Assembly (NCBI GenBank): GCA_949878575.1
Contig: CATLAX010000001.1
Coordinates: forward strand, 99,214-163,213
Length of the DNA: 64,000 bases
DNA from: an uncultured Alphaproteobacteria bacterium
GTDB taxonomy: Bacteria; Pseudomonadota; Alphaproteobacteria; Rs-D84
Reading direction: 5' to 3'
Position numbers and translations under genes: made by a program. The notes below the pieces were generated by a model, which saw nothing but the letters and a program-made list of their open reading frames with translations, made no database searches and was not told the DNA's origin. The first letter of the stretch is position 1. Every line of letters begins with the position of its first letter. Of the stretch, positions 10,223 to 20,365 are shown one piece after another.

Positions 10223-11086
10223 ATGAAACTGCACTTTATGAAATATCGCAAGCTGTCTTACTGGATTTCCGGAATCCTGGTTGCGATTTCTATCTTCTCG
10301 CTGGCGACGCGCGGCCTTAATTATGGCATTGACTTTGCCGGCGGCATTTCAATGGAGGTGACGCCCGTCGCCGCGGATTATACCATAGACAAGATGCGCT
10401 CAGACCTGTCCGCGTTTAAACCGGAACTGCAGTCCGTGGATGGCGGGTCTGTTTTGCTGCGTGTCGGTCTGCCAAAGGGGGCGACAGATGCAGAGCAGAA
10501 CGCGCGCGTGCGTGAAATAAAGGACATTCTGGGCGACAAGGTTCAGTATTCACAGGTGCAAATCGTCGGCCCAAAAATTGGCGGCGAACTGGTGCGCGGC
10601 GGAATTCTGGCGATTCTGGTGTCGTTCGTTTTGATGAGTGTTTATATCTGGATTCGCTATCGCGGGGGATATGCGGTGGGGTCTTTTGTGTCGCTGGTGC
10701 TGGACTTTATTCTGATGTTCGGATTCTTTTCCGTCGCGGGGCTGGAATTCAACCAGACGTCAATCGCGGTTATTTTGATGGGTATAGGATATTCCATAAA
10801 CGACAAGGTTGTTAATTACGACCGTATTGACGAGAATATTAAAAAATATCACAAAATGCCCATGGACGATCTGATTGACCTGTCCATAAACGAGATGATG
10901 CATCGTACAATCATGACCAGCTTGTCCACAATTCTGGCAATGGTGGGGTTGTACTTCTTTGGCGGTTTAATGCTGCAGGATTTTGCAGTGGCAATGACGT
11001 TTGCAATCGTTATGGGCACCGCGACCAGCATATACATATCAAATGTGATTTTGTATCACTTTAACCTGCGCGAGACGAAGTATTGA
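10223..11086 (+). CDS. secF: protein translocase subunit SecF
   Basis: GLNYGIDFAGG, VGPKIGGEL, IGYSINDKVVNYDRI. Confidence 0.95.
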   Translation: MKLHFMKYRKLSYWISGILVAISIFSLATRGLNYGIDFAGGISMEVTPVAADYTIDKMRSDLSAFKPELQSVDGGSVLLRVGLPKGATDAEQNARVREIKDILGDKVQYSQVQIVGPKIGGELVRGGILAILVSFVLMSVYIWIRYRGGYAVGSFVSLVLDFILMFGFFSVAGLEFNQTSIAVILMGIGYSINDKVVNYDRIDENIKKYHKMPMDDLIDLSINEMMHRTIMTSLSTILAMVGLYFFGGLMLQDFAVAMTFAIVMGTATSIYISNVILYHFNLRETKY

Positions 11087-11132
11087 TACGTATTTGGAAC
11101 CGCGCGCCGCGTACAATGGGGGGAATGGCCGT

Positions 11133-12638
11133 ATGAGATTTGTTGCACTGTGTTTGTTGGCATGGGCGCTGGGCGCGGGGGCGGCGCGCGCGGAAAGTCT
11201 GTTTTTTGAAGACGAACCTGTTCAGCAGGGGTTGAACGTCGCCGATGTGTCGGCGACGTTTGCCGATATTTACAGCAAGCTGGACGGTGTAAAGTGGGGC
11301 GGAAAAAATGTCAATGTCGCCATAGAAAGTCTGGAAAAAATAAACAGCGACGCACACATCGCCGCAACGGATGAACGCATCGTCCTGGTGTGGCGGGACA
11401 GCATTATTGCAAATTATCCGCGGCCCGCGGCCCGCGACTGGCAGGGATTCGGCGAAATTACGACGGCACTGGTCTTGAAAATGCGCGAACGCGATACGGC
11501 GCTGCGCCGCCAGGGGGCCGGCGAACTGTACCAGACGGTTGTTGGTGCATTGATGCGCGGGGTGGATGAACACGGCCGGTATATATATTCTCGCCGGGCC
11601 GAGGTGACAGAGGACGGCCGGCTGCTGACCAGTGCGGGAATCACCGGGGCGCGCGACGAGCGCGGCAATTTTCGCGTAACCGGTGTTTACAAGGGGTCCG
11701 GCGCGGATATTGCGGGTGTCGGCGCCGATGATTTGATTTCTGAAATCAACGGCCGGCGGGTGTCGGATTTGTCGGATGCGGAACTGGACGCCGTAATGTC
11801 CGGATTTAATTCCGGCACGGTAAAGTTAACGCTGCTGACGCCGGCGGGTACGCGGCGCGTTGTTTTGCGTCGTGCGACGGTTGTCATGGCGGATGCCGAT
11901 GTCGTCCATCGCAGCGCGCCGGGTGCAAAGGGTGGAATTTTGGAAATAATTGTACATCGTGCAACGGACGGTGCGGCGGCAATCGCGAACGAGGCGCTGG
12001 CCAAATATAATGATGTGGACGGCATTGTTTTGGATTTGCGTGCGGCCGATGGCGATGACGAGCGTGCGGCGGCAAAGCTGGCCGGATTGTTTGTCGGCGC
12101 GGTTCCTGTAATGAGAATTGTTGAAACCGCCCGCGACGAGGTGGAGGTTGTTCCCGGCGGCGCGGCCGTTACATCCGCGCCGGTGGTTGTTTTAATCTCG
12201 GATCAGACGCGCGGCACGGCAGAGGCCATTGCCGCCGCGCTGTACGAACAGGACCGCGGCGTCCTGGTCGGCACGCCCACAGGCGGGGCCGCGCGTATTG
12301 CGACGCGCATAGATTTGGATAACGGCGGCGCGCTGGAACTGCTGAACAAATCCGTCAAAACCGGGGCGGGGCGCATGATTGACGGCCGCGGCGTGTTTCC
12401 GATTGTGTGCCTGTCAAACATACGTTCCGCATCCCAGCAAAACGCGTTCTTTTTGAATGTTTTAAACGGGGATTTTCACGCGTCCGATTTTAATGAAAAA
12501 ACGGATGTTCCAGCGGATGATGTCCGCCGCGGTTGTCCGGTTATTACCAGCGGCGACGACGAGGATGCAATCGGCGCGGCTGTGGCGGCAAAAATTTTGA
12601 CCGACAGAAAGGTTTACAACCGCCTGATGGATAAATAA
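11133..12638 (+). CDS. S41 (CtpA-like) PDZ peptidase homologue, catalytic residues apparently lost
   Basis: signal peptide, PDZ (GSGADIAGVGADDLISEING), GIVLDLR, PVVVLISDQTRGTAE, LVGTPTGGAA. Confidence 0.75.
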   Translation: MRFVALCLLAWALGAGAARAESLFFEDEPVQQGLNVADVSATFADIYSKLDGVKWGGKNVNVAIESLEKINSDAHIAATDERIVLVWRDSIIANYPRPAARDWQGFGEITTALVLKMRERDTALRRQGAGELYQTVVGALMRGVDEHGRYIYSRRAEVTEDGRLLTSAGITGARDERGNFRVTGVYKGSGADIAGVGADDLISEINGRRVSDLSDAELDAVMSGFNSGTVKLTLLTPAGTRRVVLRRATVVMADADVVHRSAPGAKGGILEIIVHRATDGAAAIANEALAKYNDVDGIVLDLRAADGDDERAAAKLAGLFVGAVPVMRIVETARDEVEVVPGGAAVTSAPVVVLISDQTRGTAEAIAAALYEQDRGVLVGTPTGGAARIATRIDLDNGGALELLNKSVKTGAGRMIDGRGVFPIVCLSNIRSASQQNAFFLNVLNGDFHASDFNEKTDVPADDVRRGCPVITSGDDEDAIGAAVAAKILTDRKVYNRLMDK

Positions 12639-12661
12639 TTGTTAGACAGGGACTTGAAAAA

Positions 12662-13354
12662 ATGTTTTTAAAAGACAATAAAATGTTGTGGTGGCGTCTG
12701 GCGCTGGGGGCGGCGGTTGCATTGGTTCTGGTTTTGATGGGAATATTTTGGTTTGATGCGCCGGTGCTGATGTTCATGCGCGATTTTGACTGTCGTTTTT
12801 GGAGAATTTTAAGCGCTGTTTTTGATGATAAAATATGGTGCGGGGCCTTTGCGCTGGCAATAATTGTTTTATATGTGAAAAAGTCACTAAAATCAGATTT
12901 TAAGTGCACTGTTTGTAGAAATGGTGTCAATTTGCGTGCGTTTTTTTGTGATTTTTGGCAAAAAACAAAGAACAGTAATGTGTTTTTTATATTTTGCTCC
13001 ATCTTTGCCACGGGCGTTGTTGTTGAATTGTTGAAAGTGTTTCTGGGGCGGTCGCGTCCGATATTGTATGAGGCGTTAGAGTTTTCCGGATTCTTTCCGC
13101 CGTCTGTGGACTGGGTGTTTAATTCCATGCCGTCTGGGCATACGGCCATATCGTTTGCCGCACTGGTTATGATTGGGATGCTGGCGCCGCGTTTCCGCAC
13201 GGCTACGTGGACACTGGCCGTACTGATAGGCGTCGCGCGCGTTTGTGTCGGCGACCACTGGCCCAGCGACGTAATTTTAGGCGCTTTTATAGGAATGGCG
13301 ATGGCCGATTTGACAAAGTGGGCGCTGGCCCGGATGTCTTTGTGCCGGCAATAA
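12662..13354 (+). CDS. PAP2-family phosphatase (LpxE/PgpB-like)
   Basis: KVFLGRSRP, PSGH and RVCVGDHWPSD motifs; multiple TM segments. Confidence 0.88.
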   Translation: MFLKDNKMLWWRLALGAAVALVLVLMGIFWFDAPVLMFMRDFDCRFWRILSAVFDDKIWCGAFALAIIVLYVKKSLKSDFKCTVCRNGVNLRAFFCDFWQKTKNSNVFFIFCSIFATGVVVELLKVFLGRSRPILYEALEFSGFFPPSVDWVFNSMPSGHTAISFAALVMIGMLAPRFRTATWTLAVLIGVARVCVGDHWPSDVILGAFIGMAMADLTKWALARMSLCRQ

Positions 13355-13411
13355 AGCGATATTGTTTATAAATTCTATGTTTCGGATTGTTTTTGTGATA
13401 TAGTTCAGAAT

Positions 13412-15667
13412 ATGGGTACAAAATCTAAATTTTTGCCGGACAGTGTTTCGGGGGCCTTGAAAACACTTGCATTTCGTGCGTGTGGCGGCGTGATATTGGT
13501 GGCGGGCGTGATATTGGCGGCGGGGCTGTTGTTTCATGACCCGTATCTGGATGGTTTTGCCGCCGCCGGAACAATGGGGCGCCAGGGGCTGATTGGAAAC
13601 ATTGTTGGTTTTGTCCGTTATGCAATCGGTTTTATTCCCGCGATGTTTGTTTTTTTATGCATGGCGCGGCGCGGGCTGGTAATGATGACCGGCATGCGTG
13701 ATGAAAACGCGCCGGAATATAATTTTATGCGCGCGTTTATCGCCGTATGCGCGGGGGCGGCCGGCATGGGAATGCTGGCGCCGGGGGCGACGTTCGGCGG
13801 ACTGGCCGGGGCGGTGGCCGCGGCGGATATGACGTCGCTTGTCGGTGCGTGGACCGTGTTGGCGGGCGTGCTGGCCATGGCGGTGTTTGTTTGGATGGGC
13901 GCGCGCGTGCTGCATATAAAATGGGTGCATGTCCGCGCCGTTGCGGTGCGTTTATGGCGCGCGCTTCGCTGGGTTCTGTCCGTGTTCCATTTAACGCGTC
14001 CGGCGGGCGCAAACGCTGCTGATACAGCGCCGGCGGAAGATGCGGAATATGATGCGGATACAGATGCGGATGATGATGAGACGGCGGCGGATTCCGCGCA
14101 GGCCCCGCGTGCCGGGCGCCGTCGCGCCGTATCCGGCCGCGCAATCGCCGCGCCGCGCCGCGCGCGAAAATCCGGGGAATATCAGCTGCCGCCGCCGGAA
14201 TTGTTGGAGGCGTCCAATTTCGGCAAGAATGTCGTGACACCAGAATTGAAACAAAACGCAAAGGCTATGGAGGTGCATTTTGCCGAATACGGCGTGCGCG
14301 GCCGCGTAACGGGAATTCGGCCCGGGCCTATTGTGACACTGTATGAATTTCTGCCCGACAGCGGTACGCGGATGAACGATGTTGCGGGTACGGTCAAAGA
14401 CATGACGCGCGCGATGGCGACGGAAAACATTCGCATAGCGCATATCCCCGGAACGCAGTACATAGGCGTTGAAATGGTTAACCTAAACCGCCAGACCGTA
14501 CGGTACCGGTCGCTGGTGGCGAATTCAATATTTGTTAATTCAAAATACAAGATACCGCTGGCGCTGGGGGTGGATATTGGCGGAAATCCGATGTATTATG
14601 ATTTGGCGAAAATGCCGCATATGCTGATTGCTGGGCGCACCGGATCCGGAAAATCCGTTTTTGTTCAATCCATTATCACATCCATTGTGTATCATTTTAC
14701 GCCGGACAAGTGCAAGTTAATGATTATTGACCCAAAGGGGGTTGATTTCGGGTTCTGGGATGATATTCCGCATTTGATTACGCCTATTGTAAAACTGGAT
14801 CCGGCGGCGGCGGTAAACGCATTAAAATGGGCTGTTCGCGAAATGGAGGAACGTTACAAGCAGTTGCAGTTGTTAAATGCTCGCAACATAGAAAGCTATA
14901 ACGAGGCGGTGGCCGCCAAGCGCAATGCGGGCGAAAAATTAACGCGCCAGGTTGCTGTCGGCACGGACGAAGAAACGGGAGAGCTGCTGTTTGAGACGCA
15001 GGAAATAGATTTGTCGGACATGCCGTACATCGTGATTATTATTGACGAGGTTGCCGATTTGATGAGTCTGGCCCGCAAAGAGGTGGAGGCTTGTGTTCAG
15101 CGCATTGCGCAGAAGGCGCGCGCCGCCGGAATACATTTGGTAATGGCGACACAGCGCCCGGATGCGACGACCATTACCGGTGTCATAAAGGCGAATTTCC
15201 CGACACGCATTTCTTTCCAGGCGCGCAGTGCGATTGATTCTCGCACCACCCTGGGCGAGGGCGGGGCGGAAAACCTGCTGGCGATGGGCGACATGCTGTT
15301 TAGCGAGGCGGGACGCGTTCCCGTGCGCATACACGGCGCGTTTATATCGGATGACGAAATGAACTCAATCGGTGATTTCCTGCGCGCCCAGGGTACGCCG
15401 GAATATGCGGCCGGCGTTACCGATGGTGATGACGCGGGCGCCACGGATGCGTCGGCGCCTGCGGCCGCGCCCGCAAAAGGAGACAAGGACGGCGATCTTT
15501 ACGCACAGGCGAAAGAGTGCGTGCTGCGTGACAAAAAACCGACGATTTCCTATATTCAGCGAAGGCTGCAAATCGGGTACAACAAGGCGGCCGGATTTAT
15601 GGAGCGGATGGAGCAGGAGGGGATTGTCAGTGCGCCGGACGTTAACAACAAGCGGCATATTTTGTAA
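13412..15667 (+). CDS. ftsK: DNA translocase FtsK
   Basis: N-terminal TMs, MPHMLIAGRTGSGKS, IIDEVADLM, ATQRP, C-terminal gamma domain IQRRLQIGYNKAA. Confidence 0.96.
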   Translation: MGTKSKFLPDSVSGALKTLAFRACGGVILVAGVILAAGLLFHDPYLDGFAAAGTMGRQGLIGNIVGFVRYAIGFIPAMFVFLCMARRGLVMMTGMRDENAPEYNFMRAFIAVCAGAAGMGMLAPGATFGGLAGAVAAADMTSLVGAWTVLAGVLAMAVFVWMGARVLHIKWVHVRAVAVRLWRALRWVLSVFHLTRPAGANAADTAPAEDAEYDADTDADDDETAADSAQAPRAGRRRAVSGRAIAAPRRARKSGEYQLPPPELLEASNFGKNVVTPELKQNAKAMEVHFAEYGVRGRVTGIRPGPIVTLYEFLPDSGTRMNDVAGTVKDMTRAMATENIRIAHIPGTQYIGVEMVNLNRQTVRYRSLVANSIFVNSKYKIPLALGVDIGGNPMYYDLAKMPHMLIAGRTGSGKSVFVQSIITSIVYHFTPDKCKLMIIDPKGVDFGFWDDIPHLITPIVKLDPAAAVNALKWAVREMEERYKQLQLLNARNIESYNEAVAAKRNAGEKLTRQVAVGTDEETGELLFETQEIDLSDMPYIVIIIDEVADLMSLARKEVEACVQRIAQKARAAGIHLVMATQRPDATTITGVIKANFPTRISFQARSAIDSRTTLGEGGAENLLAMGDMLFSEAGRVPVRIHGAFISDDEMNSIGDFLRAQGTPEYAAGVTDGDDAGATDASAPAAAPAKGDKDGDLYAQAKECVLRDKKPTISYIQRRLQIGYNKAAGFMERMEQEGIVSAPDVNNKRHIL

Positions 15668-15670
15668 CAC

Positions 15671-15697
15671 AAACACCGGCGTTTGCCGGTGTTTTTT
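15671..15697 (+). terminator. intrinsic terminator
   Basis: AAACACCGGC-GTTT-GCCGGTGTTT plus T tract after ftsK. Confidence 0.8.
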
Positions 15698-15754
15698 ATG
15701 CTTTTTTAATATCTGCATTTATGATATAATTTCCCCAAAAGGAGAAAAGTACAG

Positions 15755-17008
15755 ATGAAAAAACAGATGTCTTTGTTTATTTGGGCCGCGGCCGTATTCG
15801 GCATGGCGCCGGTATGGGCCGCGACAAACGCCGGCATGCGCGCCGCGTCCAGCGCCGATTTGACGGGCGCGCCGGCGGTTCGCGCGCGCCCCGCGGTAAA
15901 TTATGAAAAATATGAAACCCGCACGACAACGCGCACATACGACATGCAGGACCGCGGTGATTTGTATTACACCCAACCGGCCAGCCGCAGCGCCATGTAC
16001 AAGGAATATGACAATTCCAACCGACTGGCGGGCTCGTCCGTTAGAAACACGACGACGCGCAACGTCCGCACAACACGCGCGGAAACCGTGCGCCGGGAAC
16101 TAAAGCGCAAGTATTATCTGGCGCATCCGTTCTTTCAACCGCTGAAGGGAAAGTTTGGTTCCGTTACGGACATTGCATATGACATGAATTCTTATGACAT
16201 GACGTTAACGCCGCTGGAAAACATGAGCATTTCCGATACGCGCGCAAAATGGGACATGAAGGCGTTTTCTGTAAAGGAAGACTTCAGCTACGGTATCACG
16301 GACCGTCTGGCGGTGCTGGCCATGGTGAAGTACGACAAGACAAAGTACAAGTTTGACTGGTCAACCGCGCCTGATGACAAGATGGACGACGACGGTTTTA
16401 ACCTGTTCGGCCTGGGGGCACAGTGGCGCTTTGTTGACAACGACAAATGGATTGGCACGCTGTCGGGATATTTTCAGCACCAAAAGGATATTGCAAACAA
16501 CTATATCCTGGATCTGAAGGGCGGGTATAAGATTTCGCGTTCCACCATATACGGCCTGGCCCGCGGATGGTATGTTGATTTTGACGGCAACTCTTATGGC
16601 AACGGTATAGAGGGCACAACCGCAGAGGGCAACAAGGCCGCCATATTCATCGCATACGACACCGATGTTGACGATGTGTTTTATATAGAAGGCGGTATCG
16701 GCGTGTTTAGTGTTCTGGATGAAGACTGGACATTGAACCTGGAGGCTGTGTTCGGCGACTATGACTGGCACAACCAGGCGTCCATCAAGGGTGCAATCGG
16801 CTGGCAGCCGAACGACTGGGTGGCGTTAAACCTGTATGCCAAGACCGCGTTTTACGACAGTGCCGATGATAAAAAACTGGGCTACTGGTCTTATGGCGCC
16901 ACGGCCGAGGACGGTTCGTTTATAAACAGCTGGGTAAAGCACGGCGAGGCTAAATTGTCCGATTACAAGGAAACGACAATCGGCCTGCAGGCGATATTCC
17001 AGTTTTAA
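15755..17008 (+). CDS. putative outer-membrane beta-barrel protein
   Basis: signal peptide, amphipathic aromatic strands, C-terminal IGLQAIFQF. Confidence 0.75.
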   Translation: MKKQMSLFIWAAAVFGMAPVWAATNAGMRAASSADLTGAPAVRARPAVNYEKYETRTTTRTYDMQDRGDLYYTQPASRSAMYKEYDNSNRLAGSSVRNTTTRNVRTTRAETVRRELKRKYYLAHPFFQPLKGKFGSVTDIAYDMNSYDMTLTPLENMSISDTRAKWDMKAFSVKEDFSYGITDRLAVLAMVKYDKTKYKFDWSTAPDDKMDDDGFNLFGLGAQWRFVDNDKWIGTLSGYFQHQKDIANNYILDLKGGYKISRSTIYGLARGWYVDFDGNSYGNGIEGTTAEGNKAAIFIAYDTDVDDVFYIEGGIGVFSVLDEDWTLNLEAVFGDYDWHNQASIKGAIGWQPNDWVALNLYAKTAFYDSADDKKLGYWSYGATAEDGSFINSWVKHGEAKLSDYKETTIGLQAIFQF

Positions 17009-17092
17009 TTGAATCACAAGTGCACGATGTGCCGGGATTCCCGGCGTGTCGTGCGTTTGTGTGTCATAATGTTTTAGCGATGGGGGTACGCG

Positions 17093-17809
17093 GTGTTTAA
17101 AAGGTTCTTTGTTGCGGCGGTGTTTGTTGCGGCCGGTATTGTGTCGGCGCATGCCGGGGATATGGAGCATGATACATCTGATCCGGTTTACATGTTGCAG
17201 ACGGAAGAGATTTTGTCCGTTTCAAACGTTGCATATTATGACAGTATCCTGCGCATAGGCCAGGCGCTGTCGTACGGGATAAACGACAGACTGTCGGCCG
17301 GAATGAGCGTTCATTATCAAAACGACTTTGACGGGTCAGAGGACGGTTTTTCCAGTTTTGATTTGGGCGGCGTGTACCGTTTGGCGCGCGCCGAGGACAA
17401 CAGTGCGCAGATTGTTTCCGATGTGCTGTTCGGGTTTAAGTTTGGCGGTTCGTCGCATGTTCGCACACCGTGGTTTGCCGATTCCACATATTACGCGGGG
17501 CTGCGTTTCGGCCGCAGATTTGCGGGCGTGACACTGGCCGGTACGGTCAAGTCCAGCTGGATTTTTGACGACGACCGCGGAATGTCTTATATTGATTTTA
17601 TACCCGAGGCTTATTTTAGACTGCGCGGGGCGTGGCGTTTCGGCATCGGCGCCGATTTGCGCAAGGCCACAAATCCCGATTACGACCAGGAATGGTTGAA
17701 TGCAAAAATATTGCGCCAGTACGGCCGCACGCAGTACATAGTTCATACGGATTATGAATTTGAAGAAGACGAGTTGCAGGTGGGCGCAAAACTTAACATA
17801 CTGTTTTAA
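17093..17809 (+). CDS. putative outer-membrane beta-barrel protein
   Basis: signal peptide, SYGINDRL segment similar to SYGITDRL of the upstream gene, C-terminal VGAKLNILF. Confidence 0.72.
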   Translation: MFKRFFVAAVFVAAGIVSAHAGDMEHDTSDPVYMLQTEEILSVSNVAYYDSILRIGQALSYGINDRLSAGMSVHYQNDFDGSEDGFSSFDLGGVYRLARAEDNSAQIVSDVLFGFKFGGSSHVRTPWFADSTYYAGLRFGRRFAGVTLAGTVKSSWIFDDDRGMSYIDFIPEAYFRLRGAWRFGIGADLRKATNPDYDQEWLNAKILRQYGRTQYIVHTDYEFEEDELQVGAKLNILF

Positions 17810-17900
17810 TGGTTTAGAGCAGGACCCGCGAATGCGGGCCTTGTTTTTATTTTTTTGGCTTTTTTGGCGGGGGGCTATGTGATATAATAAACGCAAGAGA

Positions 17901-20324
17901 ATGAGAAAATTATTAGCGTGCATTTTTGCGGTATTTGTTTTTGCACCCGTCCGTGATGCCGGTGCGGCGGCCATTTCACGTGCTGTGCCGTCCGCGTCTG
18001 ACACATCCGCCGCCGCATCCGCGCGCGAAGGCGGCACATCGCGTGGCGCGTATGCGTCGTCCGGTACGACTGCGTCGCGCGGAACCGTTGCCGCGCGCGC
18101 GCCCGCCACGTCGGCGGCTGATAATGCCACCGTGCGCACGCGCGATGTTTCGCGTGGCTCGGGCGAGGATGCCGCCGCCACGCCGTCGCGCGGGATGAGC
18201 GCGCGCAGCGCCGCCGCCGCGGACATGACGGCGCGCGACAAACTGGATGCGGCGGTTCATACCGTCGGGCGTAATGCGCGCGTGACCGCGGCCGGCGTTA
18301 ACAACGACCCCGCGGTGCGCCGGTCGGGGGTGTCGCTGCGCCCCAGCACGGCCGAGGTTGGCGGCCGCGCCAAAATTGCCGGAACAAATATGCAGACGGG
18401 ATCAAATGTCGGGGATTCCGTGCGCGCGCTGCAGTCGCGTGCGGCAACAACGACCCAGCGTGAAACAATTACAGAGGCAAAGGAACGTCTGGAACAGACG
18501 GCGGAGCTTAACAAGTCATGCCAGGAACAGTACAACGACTGCATGGACCAGTTCTGTGCGGTGATTGATTCCAATCAGAAACGCTGCAGTTGCAGTGCGA
18601 ACCTGTCGCGTTATACAAAGGTTGAAACGGCCGTCAAAGACGCCAACACCCAGTTAAACGACGTGGCGCAGCGGATACGTTATGTCGGTCTGTCGGCGGA
18701 TGAGATTCGCGCCATCATGTCCGCAACAGAGGCGGAAGAGGCCCTGTCTGGTGCGCGCGACACGACGGAAACACGCAACATGCTGGAAGATATAGAGGCG
18801 TTGATAAAGAACCCCAGCAGCACCAACAGCGCCGGCAGTGACGGTTTTTCCACACTGGATATAAATCTTGATTTTTCTGATTCAACCGATTTGTTTAATC
18901 TGGACTTTTTAAACAACAATTCCGGCAACCTGTCAAATCTGCGCGGAACCGATTTGTACAATGCGGCGAAAAAAAGATGCAACAGCATTTTAACCCAGTG
19001 CAAGGATGCCGGTGCGACATCCGCGCAGATTACCGCAAACTATGACCTGGCGATTGACAAGGACTGCATCGCGTACGAGCAGGGGTTGAACAAGATGAAT
19101 GAAACGCTGGTGTCAAACGTGCGCAGTGCGAATTTAATGCTGCAAAAGGCGCGTCTGGCCGTGCTGCAGAACAAGAATGAATATGACGCAAAGGGATGTA
19201 TCGCGGCGCTGGACAACTGCATGACGGACGAGATGGTCTGCGGCGAGGGCTATGAAAAATGTCTGGATCCGACAAAGCGATATATAGATGAAAACGGCAA
19301 GGTTGTTCTGGGCGAGGATATCACGGACATACGCGATTTCATGGAGAATTACGACAACTCCAAAATAGATGTCCCATTTTTAACAAGCGCCGCCAAAAAG
19401 ACCGTAGGAGTTGAAGCGTGTAAAAAAGATGTTGATGGCAACGGCCGCACCGATGACAGTGGAAATCCCATACCTAATGGTGATGGGGCGTGCGCGGTAA
19501 AATATCTGTTGCAGAAAATCGGGACGGGCGTGCGCACAACGGACGGCGGGCTGTGCCGCGCCGTGTTGGACAAGTGCCAGCGTTACACGTATGATTCAAA
19601 CAGCAATTACAAGCCGTACAACGACATTGTTTTAAATTATATCCAACGCGCCATGGTTAATATAAAGGCCGGCCAGGAAAAGGTCATATCCGAATATGCG
19701 TCCAGCTGCATGCTGGATGTGGCGGCCTGTTACAACCAGCAGGTAACACAAATCAGCGCCTGGACCCAGGCGGCCGGCGCGTCCGGAATAAAGAATGTCA
19801 TGAGCGGCGCGTGCCGCAATGTGGCACTGACCTGTGGGTATGCACTGTACGACGGCAAAAAATGCAAGATGGAAATTAATGGCCAAGAGACGACAAATGA
19901 GGAGGCTTGTTATATAGAGGAAGTGTCAAAAATATTCTATCAGGGAATGCTGTGTCCGGAAAATTCAACATATGTTTCCGTATCGCGTTCGGAGCTTATT
20001 GATATTGTTAATGTTAAGGATACATGTGATGGCGGTCAGGGGCGCGCTTCCTTGCCCTCCATAGGTGGTGGTTCCATTTCGGTGTGCAAGCCGGCGGAGA
20101 ATTGGACGGCTGGCACTCTTGCTGAGTTAAGACCCGGATTTAACTCGTGGATTATTTTTGATAATACGCAAGTTATTACACCTCAGGTTGTAATGGATAC
20201 GTATGTGAATGAATTGTGCGCATGTAAGTCCGGATATGAGGTGTGGAACAGCAGTTGTGTCATTAAATGCGCGTCCGGCACAACGCGCAACAAGACAACG
20301 GGCGTCTGTGAAAAAAAGAATTAA
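17901..20324 (+). CDS. large secreted Cys-rich hypothetical protein
   Basis: signal peptide, Ala/Arg/Ser/Thr-rich N-terminus, many Cys motifs (CQEQYNDCMDQFC, RCSCS). Confidence 0.85.
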   Translation: MRKLLACIFAVFVFAPVRDAGAAAISRAVPSASDTSAAASAREGGTSRGAYASSGTTASRGTVAARAPATSAADNATVRTRDVSRGSGEDAAATPSRGMSARSAAAADMTARDKLDAAVHTVGRNARVTAAGVNNDPAVRRSGVSLRPSTAEVGGRAKIAGTNMQTGSNVGDSVRALQSRAATTTQRETITEAKERLEQTAELNKSCQEQYNDCMDQFCAVIDSNQKRCSCSANLSRYTKVETAVKDANTQLNDVAQRIRYVGLSADEIRAIMSATEAEEALSGARDTTETRNMLEDIEALIKNPSSTNSAGSDGFSTLDINLDFSDSTDLFNLDFLNNNSGNLSNLRGTDLYNAAKKRCNSILTQCKDAGATSAQITANYDLAIDKDCIAYEQGLNKMNETLVSNVRSANLMLQKARLAVLQNKNEYDAKGCIAALDNCMTDEMVCGEGYEKCLDPTKRYIDENGKVVLGEDITDIRDFMENYDNSKIDVPFLTSAAKKTVGVEACKKDVDGNGRTDDSGNPIPNGDGACAVKYLLQKIGTGVRTTDGGLCRAVLDKCQRYTYDSNSNYKPYNDIVLNYIQRAMVNIKAGQEKVISEYASSCMLDVAACYNQQVTQISAWTQAAGASGIKNVMSGACRNVALTCGYALYDGKKCKMEINGQETTNEEACYIEEVSKIFYQGMLCPENSTYVSVSRSELIDIVNVKDTCDGGQGRASLPSIGGGSISVCKPAENWTAGTLAELRPGFNSWIIFDNTQVITPQVVMDTYVNELCACKSGYEVWNSSCVIKCASGTTRNKTTGVCEKKN

Positions 20325-20365
20325 AAAGCTATGAATAAAAAAACCGATGAAAATCGTTTTTTTTA

